Positions 24,002 through 37,890 are shown, numbered from the whole stretch's first letter. The stretch: 63,806 nt of DNA, filler included, from Lama guanicoe (GCA_013239625.1; 134 parts of 133 records of this genome joined end to end with filler, not necessarily neighbours in it), one strand, 5' to 3'. Notes: generated by a model from the sequence alone, not told the origin. Made by a program: numbers and translations.

Positions 24002-24818
24002 NNNNNNNNNNNNNNNNNNNNNNNNNNNNNNNNNNNNNNNNNNNNTTAATTAATTAANNNNNNNNNNNNNNNNNNNNNNNNNNNNNNNNNNNNNNNNNNN
24101 NAATTGCTTAGTGAGTTCTAGGCACTTTATACACAATCTACTTTTGTTCCCCCCCCCCAGCAACTGGAGTAAGGTATTAAACTATTCATTGTACATATAT
24201 TATGCAAATAAGTCTCGAGAAAGTCAAATAACTTTCTCCACATCACACTTCATTCAACTGAGGGAGAAGGATTTTAAAGCATGTGTTTCTGTTGAAAATG
24301 AGGACCACTCCATCATATTTCTTCCACATAAGGCCTGACCCTTGCAAAACCTAAAGTATGTTTTCACTCTAGTTACTCATCTGAATCTGTAAACTAAGTT
24401 CAGTAAATATAAAAATAAATGTGTTATCATATCTTCCCAAGATAACTTTCCTCTTTTTTTCTCATTATTATTAATATGATCAATCAGGCACTCAAGCTTA
24501 AAATCCTCCCTCAGCCACCACAAGCAGTAATTTATAAGTTCTTTTTGATTATTAAAGTCTTTCTAGAATCTTTCTTTCTACTTTTTAGCCAACATTCTAA
24601 TGCAGACCCTATCACCTCAAACCATATTACTGAAATAATGCCAACTTGTTTTTCCTAGAAAGAGAGGACTCTCCAGAATCCACTTTTTCAGATTCACCTA
24701 CCAAAATACCAACAGACTNNNNNNNNNNNNNNNNNNNNNNNNNNNNNNNNNNNNNNNNNNNNTTAATTAATTAANNNNNNNNNNNNNNNNNNNNNNNNNN
24801 NNNNNNNNNNNNNNNNNN

Positions 24819-25347
24819 CGGCCGCGCGTCCCGTTAGGGCCCTGAGACGGGTCCCAGCCGCCGCTGTAGTTCGTGGTAATCCCGCTATTAGTAGTTCCTG
24901 AGCCCCCCATTTTTGCCGACACTTATACCCGGGTTTAGGAAAGCAGGTACAGCCCCGGGAGTTGGGAGGGTGCCGGACGGCTCCGGAGCATCTCTGACTG
25001 GCCCTCAGACCATGGCCTGCTCCTGGGAGGCGGGTGCGGTGCGGTCGCGGGGCCTCGGATGGAATGGGGGCTGCCCCATGAGAGCCCCTGGATTTGATCC
25101 CATCTTCCCTGTGGCCTGACCTTGGGGGCAGCCTCTAAATCCCCAGGTGTTCCTGACTCAGGTTACAGGTCAGGCTGCTCCTGGTAGGTGGGCGCGGTGC
25201 GATCAGTGTGCTAGGATGGCTGCAACAGCAGCGGGAAATTGTTGCAACCCCTGCGCTCTCACAAGGCAGCCCCAATCCCGCCATCGCAGCCGCCGCGGTT
25301 CCCTGACAGCACATCACCCGCCTTCCAGGAGCAGGCTGACCTGTAAC
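24819..25347. promoter_or_regulatory. CpG-rich, island-like segment with internal direct and inverted repeats
   Basis: High GC and CpG content; motif gcctgctcctgg.agg.gg occurs at 25015, about 25172 and inverted at 25315-25347. Confidence 0.4.
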
Positions 25348-25447
25348 NNNNNNNNNNNNNNNNNNNNNNNNNNNNNNNNNNNNNNNNNNNNTTAATTAAT
25401 TAANNNNNNNNNNNNNNNNNNNNNNNNNNNNNNNNNNNNNNNNNNNN

Positions 25448-26583
25448 AGCTGAATCGAGGACCTATGTTTAAATTCAAGTCAATTAAAAGCAAATACAGT
25501 TCTCACGTGTGTTCCCCAGGGTGACCCTAGCCACACTGGGGTACTCCACAGCTCCATGTAGCTAGCAGCCAGCTTCCTGGGCAGCACAGGTCAGCATGGC
25601 TACGAGGAAGTCTTCAGCAGCTAAAACACTTTGCCTGTGGTCTGCAGGATGGAAGGGTACCGGGACTCTCTAGGCCACATGACTCTTCTTTAATTGGTCC
25701 ACATGCAAATTTTTAAATTATGTCCCTACAACATCCTTCTTCTCACCCAATTCCAAATATATTAAAGACCACAAACTGTCCAAGTTTAAAACTCTCCCTT
25801 CCTAAAAATAGTGTTTGAAAATTATTTTTCACAATATGAGTTTATTTTCACAATTTTTGGTAGATATTGGAGTTTGGGGTCTCAGGTTGGACTGAGCAAT
25901 ATGTTGAGTCCAAATAGAGATGTGCTATAGGTGGAAATGAGACACTGGATTTCACAGACTTGGTCNNNNNNNNNNNNNNNNNNNNNNNNNNNNNNNNNNN
26001 NNNNNNNNNTTAATTAATTAANNNNNNNNNNNNNNNNNNNNNNNNNNNNNNNNNNNNNNNNNNNNAGCTGAATCGAGGACCTATGTTTAAATTCAAGTCA
26101 ATTAAAAGCAAATATAGTTCTCACGTGTGTTCCCCAGGGTGACCCTAGCCACATTGGGGTACTCCACATCTCCATGTGGCTAGCAGCCACCTTCCCAGGC
26201 AGCGCAGGTCAGCATGGCTACGAGGAAGTCTTCAGCAGCTAAAACCCTTTGCCTGTGGTCTGCAGGATGGAAGGGTACCGGGACTCTCTAGGCCACATGA
26301 CTCTTCTTTAATTGGTCCACATGCAAATTTTTAAATTATGTCCCTACAACATCCTTCTTCTCACCCAATTCCAAATAGATTAAAAACCACAAACCGCCCA
26401 AGTTTAAAACTCTTCCTTCCTAAAAATAGTGTTGGAAAATTATTTTTCATAATATGACTTTATTTTCACAATTTTTGGTAGATATTGGAGTTTGGGGACT
26501 CAGGTTGGACTGACCAATATGTTGAGTCCAAATGGAGATGTGCTATAGGTGGAAATGAGACACTGGATTTCACAGACTTGGTC
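25448..26583 (+). repeat. Pair of diverged 518-bp contigs (25448-25965 and 26066-26583) containing MER3/MER33-like fragments
   Basis: Same length and endpoints with about 20 substitutions. tagccaca...ccatgtggctagcagcc and gagatgtgcta...acactggatttcacagactt are MER3/MER33-like. Confidence 0.9.
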
Positions 26584-26683
26584 NNNNNNNNNNNNNNNNN
26601 NNNNNNNNNNNNNNNNNNNNNNNNNNNTTAATTAATTAANNNNNNNNNNNNNNNNNNNNNNNNNNNNNNNNNNNNNNNNNNNN

Positions 26684-27172
26684 ACTTACTCTATTTTCTC
26701 ATTTTGTGTCCTAGTGCCGGTTTGAGTTTCATGGAATTTTCTCTGTAAATCAGTGTTGGAAGTTGTTCCTCCACATATATGCATATTTAGTGTAGATACC
26801 CACTGAAAAAAACATGTTCCTTACAAGCTAGGGGATTTATAGCTTCCCACTCTCTTAACTGTCATAATTGAGCATGTAGAGATGTTCGTTCATCTAGCCT
26901 AAGGGGAGTGATTTCTATAGTAAGAATTATTCTGGTTTTTCGGTATGTTTTCCTAGTGCCGGTTTGAATTTCATGCAGTTTTTACTCCAAAACCAATTTG
27001 GACCATGTACCTGTCCATATATATGTATGTAGTGAATTTTCCGACTGATAAGGATCTGTCTTTTCCCTACAAGCTATGTGATTGTCAGCTTTCACACACC
27101 CTTAACTCTCAGAATTTTGCATGTGGAGAATCTTTCATTCATCTAGCATAAAGGGAATGGTTTGTAGTTGAA
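26684..27172 (-). repeat. Diverged subfamily of the 249-bp satellite, period about 242
   Basis: cctagtgccggtttga occurs at 26710 and 26952; shares motifs with 39019-39743. Confidence 0.85.
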
Positions 27173-27272
27173 NNNNNNNNNNNNNNNNNNNNNNNNNNNN
27201 NNNNNNNNNNNNNNNNTTAATTAATTAANNNNNNNNNNNNNNNNNNNNNNNNNNNNNNNNNNNNNNNNNNNN

Positions 27273-27560
27273 TCAAACCCTCCAATGGTTAGCATTTAAA
27301 ACTTAGAATAAAATCCTAACTCCTCGTGTGGCCTATAGAAACTTCCATGTCCTGACTCCGGCCGACTTTTTCAGTGTCCTGCCTGAGCACTCCCATCCCT
27401 GCCCTCCAGGTCCACTGACCTGCTGGTCCCCTAGTGATGTAGCTCATCCTGCCGTGTGCCTTCCTGCTTGCTCTTCCCTGAGGTCTTCCCATGGCCGTCC
27501 CAGTCATCATTCTGGTCTCTGTTCAAACATCAGAGAGAGACCTCCTGTCCATAGCACACC
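27273..27560 (+). mobile_element. LINE-2 fragment
   Basis: aaaccctccaatgg...cttagaataaaatcctaactcct...tggccta. Confidence 0.65.
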
Positions 27561-30500
27561 TCTCTTCACCTCTAGGAACTCTGTATCTTTACCCCAGGAC
27601 TTACAAAGGTTTAGTGACTTGCCCAACATTATTTAGAATTTAGAAATTAGAACCCAGAGGTTCTTTTTTTTTTTTTTTCAAGATTGCATTCAGATAGAAT
27701 GACTACTTCTACTCTATTTCTTTAATATAAGGAAGATCCAGGTGTGCTGAGTGAAAACATTCTAATGTCGCTGCTACTAGGGTCTACCAGTCGTTAAAGA
27801 TGAGGGTGGCGGAGCTCCAGACTTCACCCTAATTTTCATGTTCCAAAAAGCATGGGACGTAGACTAGATGACTAACTCAAGCCTACGAGGAATGTGACAA
27901 CTGGGGCAGCATCTTCCAAAAGGCATGCCAGAGCAAGATATAGCCTTTGATTTTGTGGTCACCAGATTTTACCAGCAAGCACAGTTTTGTGTTAGGAAGT
28001 TTCGGAGAAGGAGAGGGAAAATAAATGGCAAACACATTTCACTGATGAGTATCTNNNNNNNNNNNNNNNNNNNNNNNNNNNNNNNNNNNNNNNNNNNNTT
28101 AATTAATTAANNNNNNNNNNNNNNNNNNNNNNNNNNNNNNNNNNNNNNNNNNNNGCAACGAATGAGTAGCACACCAATGAGTGAAGGTGAATCTTGCTCG
28201 GTACATCCTGTGCAAAACAATCTTTTCATCAGGGAAAATCGAAAGCTACAGAAAAAAAAGCAAAAAAACCAAAAAAACCCTCAAGAGTGGAGAGCACAAC
28301 CAGGAGACTATAACATCAAGGCATTCCAAATGCCCGAACAAAGGCGCAGCGGAGTTATTTCAAAGGCATTGCAAACCTTTGATCTGACTGTGGCGAGGAC
28401 CAGTCTCATCTGGCCAGTGGGTAAGGAGATCACTGCCTGCCGGGGTCTGGGCAATGCAGCAGCTCTTTGGAACAGGAAGAGAAGCAAAGCAAACTACTCC
28501 CTTTATGTAGATGGTACTCAGAAGGAAAGACTGTGTGTCATTTCGGGTGGAGTCACAGAGCCTCAACAGCGGCTTGATACTGGATTTTGAAAGCTCTTCA
28601 AGCATGTATTTACATTGAAAGCTATGATAACAAACAGTCATTTAGCATCGAACTTTCCTAAAAGTGATTATTGAAGGGAANNNNNNNNNNNNNNNNNNNN
28701 NNNNNNNNNNNNNNNNNNNNNNNNTTAATTAATTAANNNNNNNNNNNNNNNNNNNNNNNNNNNNNNNNNNNNNNNNNNNNGGGCTTTATTTAAAAAGTTC
28801 CTGAGGCAGAGGGTAGTTTGCTTCTGTGACCATTTTTCTATACCACTATTTTCTAACAAAAATGACATCGTTCTTTGCAAAATAGGTGAAGGCTTCACAT
28901 TGAAGAAAGCCTATATCTTAGGTCTTTGATTGTCAATCCAATTAATGCATGGCCTTGAAACCGTCTCAGTCTCCTAGTTCCTAGTTTTTCATTTCCATGA
29001 ATATAAAAATGCAAATAATAAAATAACAGAAAGGTTTCATTTTTAACTTTTCTTATGTGCTTGTTTGCTTTCTTTTAGGATTCTTGAGTGGAGATTTTTA
29101 TCTCTATGAAGTATTACTAACCCTGGGAACTGCAAAATATAGTGGTATATCCATGGGGCAATGCCATAGAAGTTAACTCTATTTTGACGAAATAAAATTT
29201 TAGAAGGATAGACAGATAGATGATTGATAGATATATACATCCTAAAAGAACCAATTAAAAAATTTTTTTGAACGTGCTGGTGAGGATACCAGGCAATATG
29301 GCTCCTTACACACTGCTGGAGTGGTGTATATTGGTTACAACTTACTGGAAGGTAATTTATCAATATGTTTCANNNNNNNNNNNNNNNNNNNNNNNNNNNN
29401 NNNNNNNNNNNNNNNNTTAATTAATTAANNNNNNNNNNNNNNNNNNNNNNNNNNNNNNNNNNNNNNNNNNNNATTTCAAAAGACTTTTTTACATGGGAAA
29501 GATGATTCTACTCTCCCCTTCTCAGGAGAGCAGATGGTAGCTTGGCAGCCTGTAGCCTATATAGATGTCCAGATTCATAATTTTGGGGCTTCTCTCCTAT
29601 GCTGAGTTTAATTCCCTTTTTGCATGTGCCAGATAATATCTGACCTTTATAACATCTCTGTGGGAGAAAACGGGATGTGGGGATCCACTGAGTTATTGCT
29701 GTGAGTAATAATATCTGGAATTTGTTCCAGGAAATATGTCTTTCAGGATAAAAATAAATAAATATGGGTATTAAAAACATATCAATTACTTATAATTCTT
29801 ATTCAAACCTTGTTTTGTGAAAGGAATGAGAAGTGAGTGACACATCTCTGAATATAATTTTTAATTCTATTTTACTGCCTTAAAAATATCTAACATGAGA
29901 TTTACTCTCTTAAAACTTTTGAGTGTACAATATATTATNNNNNNNNNNNNNNNNNNNNNNNNNNNNNNNNNNNNNNNNNNNNTTAATTAATTAANNNNNN
30001 NNNNNNNNNNNNNNNNNNNNNNNNNNNNNNNNNNNNNNTGCTGGACTGAATGACTCGTTAAGACAAGAACTATATAGTAAAGGAGCTTAGGGCCTTGGAA
30101 AGTCTTGACTGATGGGCTAAGAAAGTTGGAAGATATTTGGTATTTAGTAGAAAGGTGACTGAAACAGAGAAGAGCTTCCTTAGAAATATGACATGAGCCA
30201 CACACTCTATGGTACCTTCTGTATCAAAAAAAAAAAAAAAGGAAAGAAAAACAGGAGCATACTTCAAAAGTCTAGCTAGAAAGCAGCTACTATCTGAATT
30301 TTGTAGACAACATTCAAAATCAAGAAGGAAGACCAGGAGGGCCATTTCGCGCTAGGTCCAGAGGGAAGTTGAAGGCCAAAAAAAAAAAACAAAAAACAAA
30401 AAAAATCACAAACCCTGATTTAAAACAAAGTTAAATTAATAACAATAATCATAATTATTGTTATGCTTTTAGAAAGTTAATATTTGCACTTTACTTCATT

Positions 30501-31039
30501 GGGATAGCACGTCAAGGAAATGTCAGTAAAGATGACTTTAACCTCCTTTGTTCCAGCAGCTGTTCCAGATGTTGGCAATTCAGTGCGTTCAGAAAATGTC
30601 CAAAAACTTTTTGATGAGCTGCAGAATTGTATTCACAGAGTTTCCAATACGAGTCACCTCTTTATTAAGGACACTCACATCATGAGTTCACAAACATATG
30701 TTGAGTAGTTAAGGGCCCCTGTGCTTAGCTATTGGATTCTCACTCAGAGGAACATGCATTGGCAGGTTTTAAAGTTAATCAGAGCTTTGTGCTCAGACAC
30801 TATTCTTAGCCAATGTTCAAACACCAAGGTGGTTTTGGTGANNNNNNNNNNNNNNNNNNNNNNNNNNNNNNNNNNNNNNNNNNNNTTAATTAATTAANNN
30901 NNNNNNNNNNNNNNNNNNNNNNNNNNNNNNNNNNNNNNNNNCATTCCATAGAGGTGCACGGGTAAAACCCTACAGAACTTGCCCTGAAAGTCAAGTGTAA
31001 GTATATTCTCAGCTTCCAGTTAAATCAGTGTTACCTGTT

Positions 31040-31550
31040 TGTGATTATAGAGCATGAAATATATTACTGTGATTTTTCTTAATTAAAAAGTAACTCACTC
31101 TTGTTTTACAGTATTCATGGAACACAGACAAATATAAAGTAAAAAGAGACAGCTCCCCTTATGTCCTCCACTTCCTCATCTAACTCCATAAAAGCAATAC
31201 TGAAAATTTCTCCAGATCTATGTGATTACGCACATAAAAATATAGTTTTAGAGCATGTATGATATATACTTTTTAACCCAAATGGGATAATACACTACTG
31301 TTCAGCAGCTTGCTTTATTCACTTAGCAATATATCAAATATATCTTTCCAAGTGAGTTCACATAAATATTTCCCATTTATTTTTATTGGTGTATTGCATT
31401 TTATAGTTTGGATGTGCCAAAGTTATTTAGTCGCTTCCATATTGATGGAAATTTTAACTGTTTCCAAATTTTTACATTTATAAACAAGGCTATAATGAAC
31501 GTCCTTGTAAAATGATTGAAACAGAATTATCATAGAATTTATATAGAATA
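31040..31550 (-). mobile_element. Old L1ME-type LINE-1 3' region
   Basis: aaatgggataatacact...ttgctttattcacttagcaatatatc...attgatggaaatttt..ctgtttccaaattttt. Confidence 0.65.
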
Positions 31551-32384
31551 NNNNNNNNNNNNNNNNNNNNNNNNNNNNNNNNNNNNNNNNNNNNTTAATT
31601 AATTAANNNNNNNNNNNNNNNNNNNNNNNNNNNNNNNNNNNNNNNNNNNNGATTCCCAGAGGCACCTCCAGACAGCCTGCCCTGCCACCCCTCACGTCCA
31701 CCGGTTGTAATACTGCCCACGCTGGTGCCATGGTCGTGATGCAGTCATTTCATGCTTTTCTGGCTTGTGAACTCTGACAGTGCTTCTGATTCCTTCGCTT
31801 CTGCCACGGCCGCCATCACAGGGCACCTCACACCGTAGGTGCTGTGTGAGATATTTGTAACCCAGTCAGGGCCCAAGCTATCCAGCTGCGCCTCCCCCAC
31901 CACTGCGTGCAGAATGGCTTGGCTTAGTGGGGAGGGCTGGCTGTTTTGCGGTTTATTTTCCCCTTCTTTGTCAAAGTCAGTGCAGGAGGGATGGGCTTGG
32001 ATTAAACCCCTGTGCTCTCCAGCCTGGTGGACAGGTAGGTACGTGCCTTTGCTTCCAGGCACTCACATGCCTCCAGGAAGCCAGCACGGGGGTCATTCTC
32101 TCCCTTGTCAGCTGATAGAGCAGGGTTGGTGCTGTGNNNNNNNNNNNNNNNNNNNNNNNNNNNNNNNNNNNNNNNNNNNNTTAATTAATTAANNNNNNNN
32201 NNNNNNNNNNNNNNNNNNNNNNNNNNNNNNNNNNNNTGTAATTTGTGTGCTACACATTCTTTATATGGTAAAATTTATAATAAACGTATCTACATATATA
32301 ATATAGAGAATACATATATATTTTCCTCCCCGAGAGAGCCTGATCAAAGGCAAAGGGAGGCCATGGCATTTGGGAGAAAAATCA

Positions 32385-32699
<315 letters not shown>

Positions 32700-32844
32700 T
32701 TACTTACTTCTCCTCAGCAGCAGGGCAGAGATATCCAAATCCCCCAACATCTCTGAAACCCTGAACGGTTACCCTGGTGACTGGTGCTAAAGAGACGGAC
32801 AAGGCTGCCCCAGATCTGCCTGACCACATCTAAAATCCGGCCTT

Positions 32845-33040
32845 GCAGACTGCACCATCAGATGCAAGTCGGGGCCAGAGGTGGGCTGCTTGCTGTTGAC
32901 AAGGACTTTTTAAAGATACAGATCTCCAGGGCCTGGGAGATTCTGGTTCAGGGGGCCCGGGGTGCACCCCAGGAGTCTGTATGTATTTTAAATCACCTGC
33001 GTGATTTCTGACTCCCACCTAGATTGGAGGAACCTCTGGG
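32845..33040. mobile_element. MER5-family DNA transposon
   Basis: ttttaaagatacagat...gagattctggttcag...cccaggagtctgtat...gtgatttctga...gaacctctg. Confidence 0.6.
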
Positions 33041-33489
33041 GTAGACTGAGGATGCGGTGAAACTGCATTTTTAACTTAAGTGACAAATGCTGACAATGTC
33101 TATACTCAAAAGCCAATCATAACAAAAGTCCCCCNNNNNNNNNNNNNNNNNNNNNNNNNNNNNNNNNNNNNNNNNNNNTTAATTAATTAANNNNNNNNNN
33201 NNNNNNNNNNNNNNNNNNNNNNNNNNNNNNNNNNGCTGAGCGGTTACAGGCAAATGGAGCCCAAGGTGCAGGAGAGGAGGACACAGTGTCTTAACTATGT
33301 TTGGTTCTAGGGGCCAAGAGAGCCATCAGATGCCCGTAATGATGCCCTGGGGGTGGGGATCTAACAGGCGTCCCACAGAACAACACCACCAGCAGGAAGA
33401 AAGTGTCAGCCTGTCAGGGTAACCCGTGTAGAATTTTTGTCCATATGAACCAGGAGAGGACGCTGTAGACTGTTCCAGCATGAAGTTGG

Positions 33490-33627
33490 TTTATTTTATT
33501 CATTTATTTTTAGGTATTTTGGGGGAGTAATTAGGTTATCACTTACTTTCAGTGGAGGTACTCAGGATTGCACACTAGACGTTGGGCATGAAAGCACACA
33601 CTGTACCGCTGAGCTATACTCTCCCCC
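33490..33627 (-). mobile_element. Camelid Vic-1-type SINE (diverged)
   Basis: gggggagtaattaggtt...tggaggtactcaggattg...taccgctgagctatactctccccc. Confidence 0.8.
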
Positions 33628-35576
33628 TTGAGCGTGGCTTAGGATGGCCCTGTATTTGCACTGACCCAGGCACATGGAAGGATCAAACAAGATGCCAGGT
33701 GATTCTGAAACAAATGCAAGAGAAGGACTGTGCAGTACATCCCAGCTTTAGCACCTGGAGGGCATTCACTGTCTNNNNNNNNNNNNNNNNNNNNNNNNNN
33801 NNNNNNNNNNNNNNNNNNTTAATTAATTAANNNNNNNNNNNNNNNNNNNNNNNNNNNNNNNNNNNNNNNNNNNNTACAACCAGTAGAATTAACATTTTAT
33901 TTTTTATATAGACTCAGTGCTTTATTAGCTTTATACAAAAGTCTATTTCATAATCAGTCGATTCATACTTCTGTTCGTTTTGCACACTATCCTACCAAAG
34001 AATATTTCCTCCTTCACTTCTGATTTAAAAAACAACTATATAGGTTATCACATAAAACATATATCACATTAATTTTGGCTTTCTGGGTTTGTATTTGCCC
34101 TAAAAAAGCAAATGAAGAATTGATTATTCATATAACTTAGGAAAATTCTATAATCAGTAGAAAATCAATAAGGATAACAATCTTTTACAAGTATATTTTC
34201 ATGTTTACAGTCTACATTGGTCATTCGTACTTTTCTAAACCTGACCGAGTGGCATATGTTTAAATAATGGTTATTTGTTCAACAATTATAAACATTTACT
34301 TTAGAGTACAGGTTTGCTTTGGATTGTATGTGGGGTAGAGGTGATATTTTAAGCACCTTATTGTATCTTCATCACAGTGAATTTCGTCCTTTCTCCCGAG
34401 TCCATCCACGTTTCTCAAAGAACAATGTTCATTGCTCCTGCTGTCTCCCACTCTCCTGCCTCTAAGGTGTTTCCTTCACCTCTNNNNNNNNNNNNNNNNN
34501 NNNNNNNNNNNNNNNNNNNNNNNNNNNTTAATTAATTAANNNNNNNNNNNNNNNNNNNNNNNNNNNNNNNNNNNNNNNNNNNNAACAATCAATAGAGTGT
34601 TAATAACAAATACAAGAACTACCATTTGCTACGTGCCTACTGTGTATCGGTCACTTCAAATGTACTGCCTTGACAGCACACGGTCATCCTGCAGTGTTAT
34701 CATTTCCATCAGGCAGGAAGATGACTTGGTCATGAAAGCTTAGTGACTTGCTCAAGATCTCTGCTAGCAAATGACAACATTGAGAATGAGTCTAGTTCTA
34801 TCTGGCTCCACTGAACTGGATTCACTCCGCAACACAGCCTCCAACCCCACGCTTCATATGTGGAATGCTGTATTTATGGCGAAGCCCCACACAGCCATTG
34901 ATTTTCTGAGCCCCTCATACGTGGAGAAACTGCAGCATCCAAGGCACTCCAGGTCCCTGGCACCATTCATCGAGGCAGGAAAGACAAAAAGAGGAACAGG
35001 ACCTCTATGGGGGAGATCAAGAATTCTGCTTTGGAAATGTTAAGTCTGACATGCCTGGAGGACATCCAAGCAGAGATGTCAAGTAGGCAGTAGAGCAGAA
35101 GAGGGCTGGAGATGTAAATTTTTGAGTCATCAGCATGAAAAAGTTATTTACCATGATAAGCAAATCCATGCCTCCAGAATAATACTCCTCTGCGAGAACA
35201 ATCATCAGAATGACAACCAGGCCTGATACTCAGGGGGATGGTCATACAAGTTTTAAAACATTTAAATACAGTTATGCCGGTTGGTTAATTGTGGCTGCCT
35301 CACGTCTCCCGAAGGCTCTCTGCCTCCTCCCACCAACCCCCCATATCCCTGGGCCTGCCNNNNNNNNNNNNNNNNNNNNNNNNNNNNNNNNNNNNNNNNN
35401 NNNTTAATTAATTAANNNNNNNNNNNNNNNNNNNNNNNNNNNNNNNNNNNNNNNNNNNNCCATGATAGCAGGGCCTGATGTATTGTATTCAGTACACATA
35501 TTACTATACATGAAACACCCGTAGCTAGAAAAGACCCTGTATTTCAAATATTTTGAAAATAAAGTCAGTTGAGCTA

Positions 35577-35762
<186 letters not shown>

Positions 35763-35915
35763 TCATGCCAAGAAACAGACTGTAAGTGCTAGGCACTCCA
35801 AGTTAACATTCCTCAAGTTCCAGCACTTCGTTATATTTAAAACAGACAAATTCATTTTTATTCTAAGTAATTAAATCAAATCAAGCTCACGTGGACATGG
35901 TTGGCTGCTACACAC

Positions 35916-36030
35916 CTTGATGAGAGCTGTCTTGCCTTCCTCGTCACTAGCATCCAGATCACACCTCCACTGGATAAGGAGAGCCACCACTGATGACTGG
36001 CCTCTGGTGCAGGCTAAGTGTAGGGCAGTC
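35916..36030 (-). CDS. ANKRD26/POTE-family ankyrin-repeat exon (exon 2 equivalent, 115 bp)
   Basis: ttcccag|G ACT GCC...ATC AAG|gtgtgt; (R)TALHLACTRGQSSVVALLIQWRCDLDASDEEGKTALIK; a 162-bp intron joins it in frame to the next exon. Confidence 0.92.
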
Positions 36031-36571
36031 CTGGGAACGTAAGAGGACTGTTTAGGAAATCAGAGCTTACTAGTTCAAAGATACAGTTACTCACGTAGTT
36101 GTCAACATTCAACAGCATGCTATCCCCACCCCTTTAAAACTAACATTTAGTCTTCTTATCTTAGTTCTTTCTATGGNNNNNNNNNNNNNNNNNNNNNNNN
36201 NNNNNNNNNNNNNNNNNNNNTTAATTAATTAANNNNNNNNNNNNNNNNNNNNNNNNNNNNNNNNNNNNNNNNNNNNCCCCATTCTAACATAAATATGGAA
36301 AACTTTAATGTTTGGCACTCACACTGCATTTAAGATATACTATTAATAAACAGCTAAAAGGACGTAAACCTGCTCAGAGCTGCAGCCTGCCTCCGTGTTC
36401 TTTTTACTTCCTCCCATATCACCATAAAATGTTAGAGCTCGAAAGGGCTGGCAGACGTCATTCCCTTCAGATTAGGAAAACTAAGACCCAGAAAGGTACA
36501 CCACTTGGCCTCAGTGGCAGAGCCGGGCTAGGCCCCCGGCATCCCTGCAGCCCAGGACCCTCCTCCAGGCG

Positions 36572-36732
36572 TCCGCACAGTGTGGTCCACGGACCAGCAC
36601 GATCAGCATCACCGGAGCTGATCCGAAGTGCAGACGCTCCTACTCACCCCAGACCTGCTGAACGGCCCTGAATTTCAACAAGACCCCCAAGAAATTCGTA
36701 GACCCAGTAAATTCTGAGGAACGTTGCTCTAG
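36572..36732. mobile_element. MER5A-like DNA transposon
   Basis: agtgtggtccacggaccagca...cagcatcacc...ccccagacctgctgaa...aacaagaccccca. Confidence 0.7.
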
Positions 36733-36850
36733 ATTAGACTTGCAGGGCTTNNNNNNNNNNNNNNNNNNNNNNNNNNNNNNNNNNNNNNNNNNNNTTAATT
36801 AATTAANNNNNNNNNNNNNNNNNNNNNNNNNNNNNNNNNNNNNNNNNNNN

Positions 36851-37152
36851 CAGTTGGCCCTCTCTGTGGGTTGCATATCCAAAAATTCAATGAATCATGG
36901 ATTAAAAATATTCGGATACAAATTACCTGAAAGTTCCAAAAGCAAAACTTAAATTTGTCGGGTGTATTTGCATAGAATTTACATTGTGTTAGGTATTTAA
37001 ATAACCTAGAGATGACCTGAAGTATGCAGGAGGATGTGCATAGGTTACATGCAAATACTACGTCACTTTATATAAGGGACTTGAGCATCTGCAGATTTTA
37101 GTATCAGTGTGGTTCCTAGAGCCGATCACCACAGTCTACAGAGATACGATTG
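36851..37152 (-). mobile_element. MER2-like TcMar-Tigger DNA transposon
   Basis: cagttggccctc...aggaggatgtgcataggttacatgcaaatactacg...tatataagggacttgagcatc. Confidence 0.85.
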
Positions 37153-37334
37153 CATAAGATACAGAAATATATAGATGTCCCCTGCAGTATTATGTGTATA
37201 AATAAATATTGGAGCCACTTTCATGTCCATCGATTGGAGAACATTTATAACAACCCATTCATACCTCTAAAGGGTCTGCAGTTGTTTAAAAGAACAAAGC
37301 AGATGATAGAAATGCTGACAGTGATGGACTGATA

Positions 37335-37560
37335 AGAGCTAATATGTATTGAGTATTTACTGTGAGCTAAGGACTGGGCTCGATGCCTTATCTACATATC
37401 TCATTTAAAACCTAGGACAACCCATGTAGGAAGAACTAATTGACCCAATTTTAAGTGAGAAATTGAGCGGCAGAAAATTCCAGAAACCTAGTCACGTCAC
37501 ACTGTTAACCAGTCAGGTTTGCACCTACAGCCTGAGAGACTACAGTGCTCTCTTTTCCCT
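37335..37560 (-). mobile_element. MIR SINE
   Basis: gctaatatgtattgagtatttactgtgagcta...atctcatttaa...tgagaaattgag. Confidence 0.6.
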
Positions 37561-37890
37561 TCCTCTCTTTAAGGGATTTCCAGTGAGAAAGAAAAATACC
37601 AGCCTGCGATGCCCTACAATGACTGACCTGACACTCACACCCTGACTTGTTCTCATGTTGTAAATAAACAATGTCAGATACAGAATATCAACCTCAGAGG
37701 AGATTTTTCTGAGGTCTTGATAAAATCAGGTGAAACAGGGCTACCTCATAATTTTGTCAGATCACAGACAAAAAAAAGCAAGGTCACTGTNNNNNNNNNN
37801 NNNNNNNNNNNNNNNNNNNNNNNNNNNNNNNNNNTTAATTAATTAANNNNNNNNNNNNNNNNNNNNNNNNNNNNNNNNNNNNNNNNNNNN

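Noticed and set aside
28162..28590. 142-aa ORF
   Set aside because: Crosses an A-rich low-complexity tract and has no recognisable domain; the tract looks more like a minus-strand polypyrimidine acceptor.
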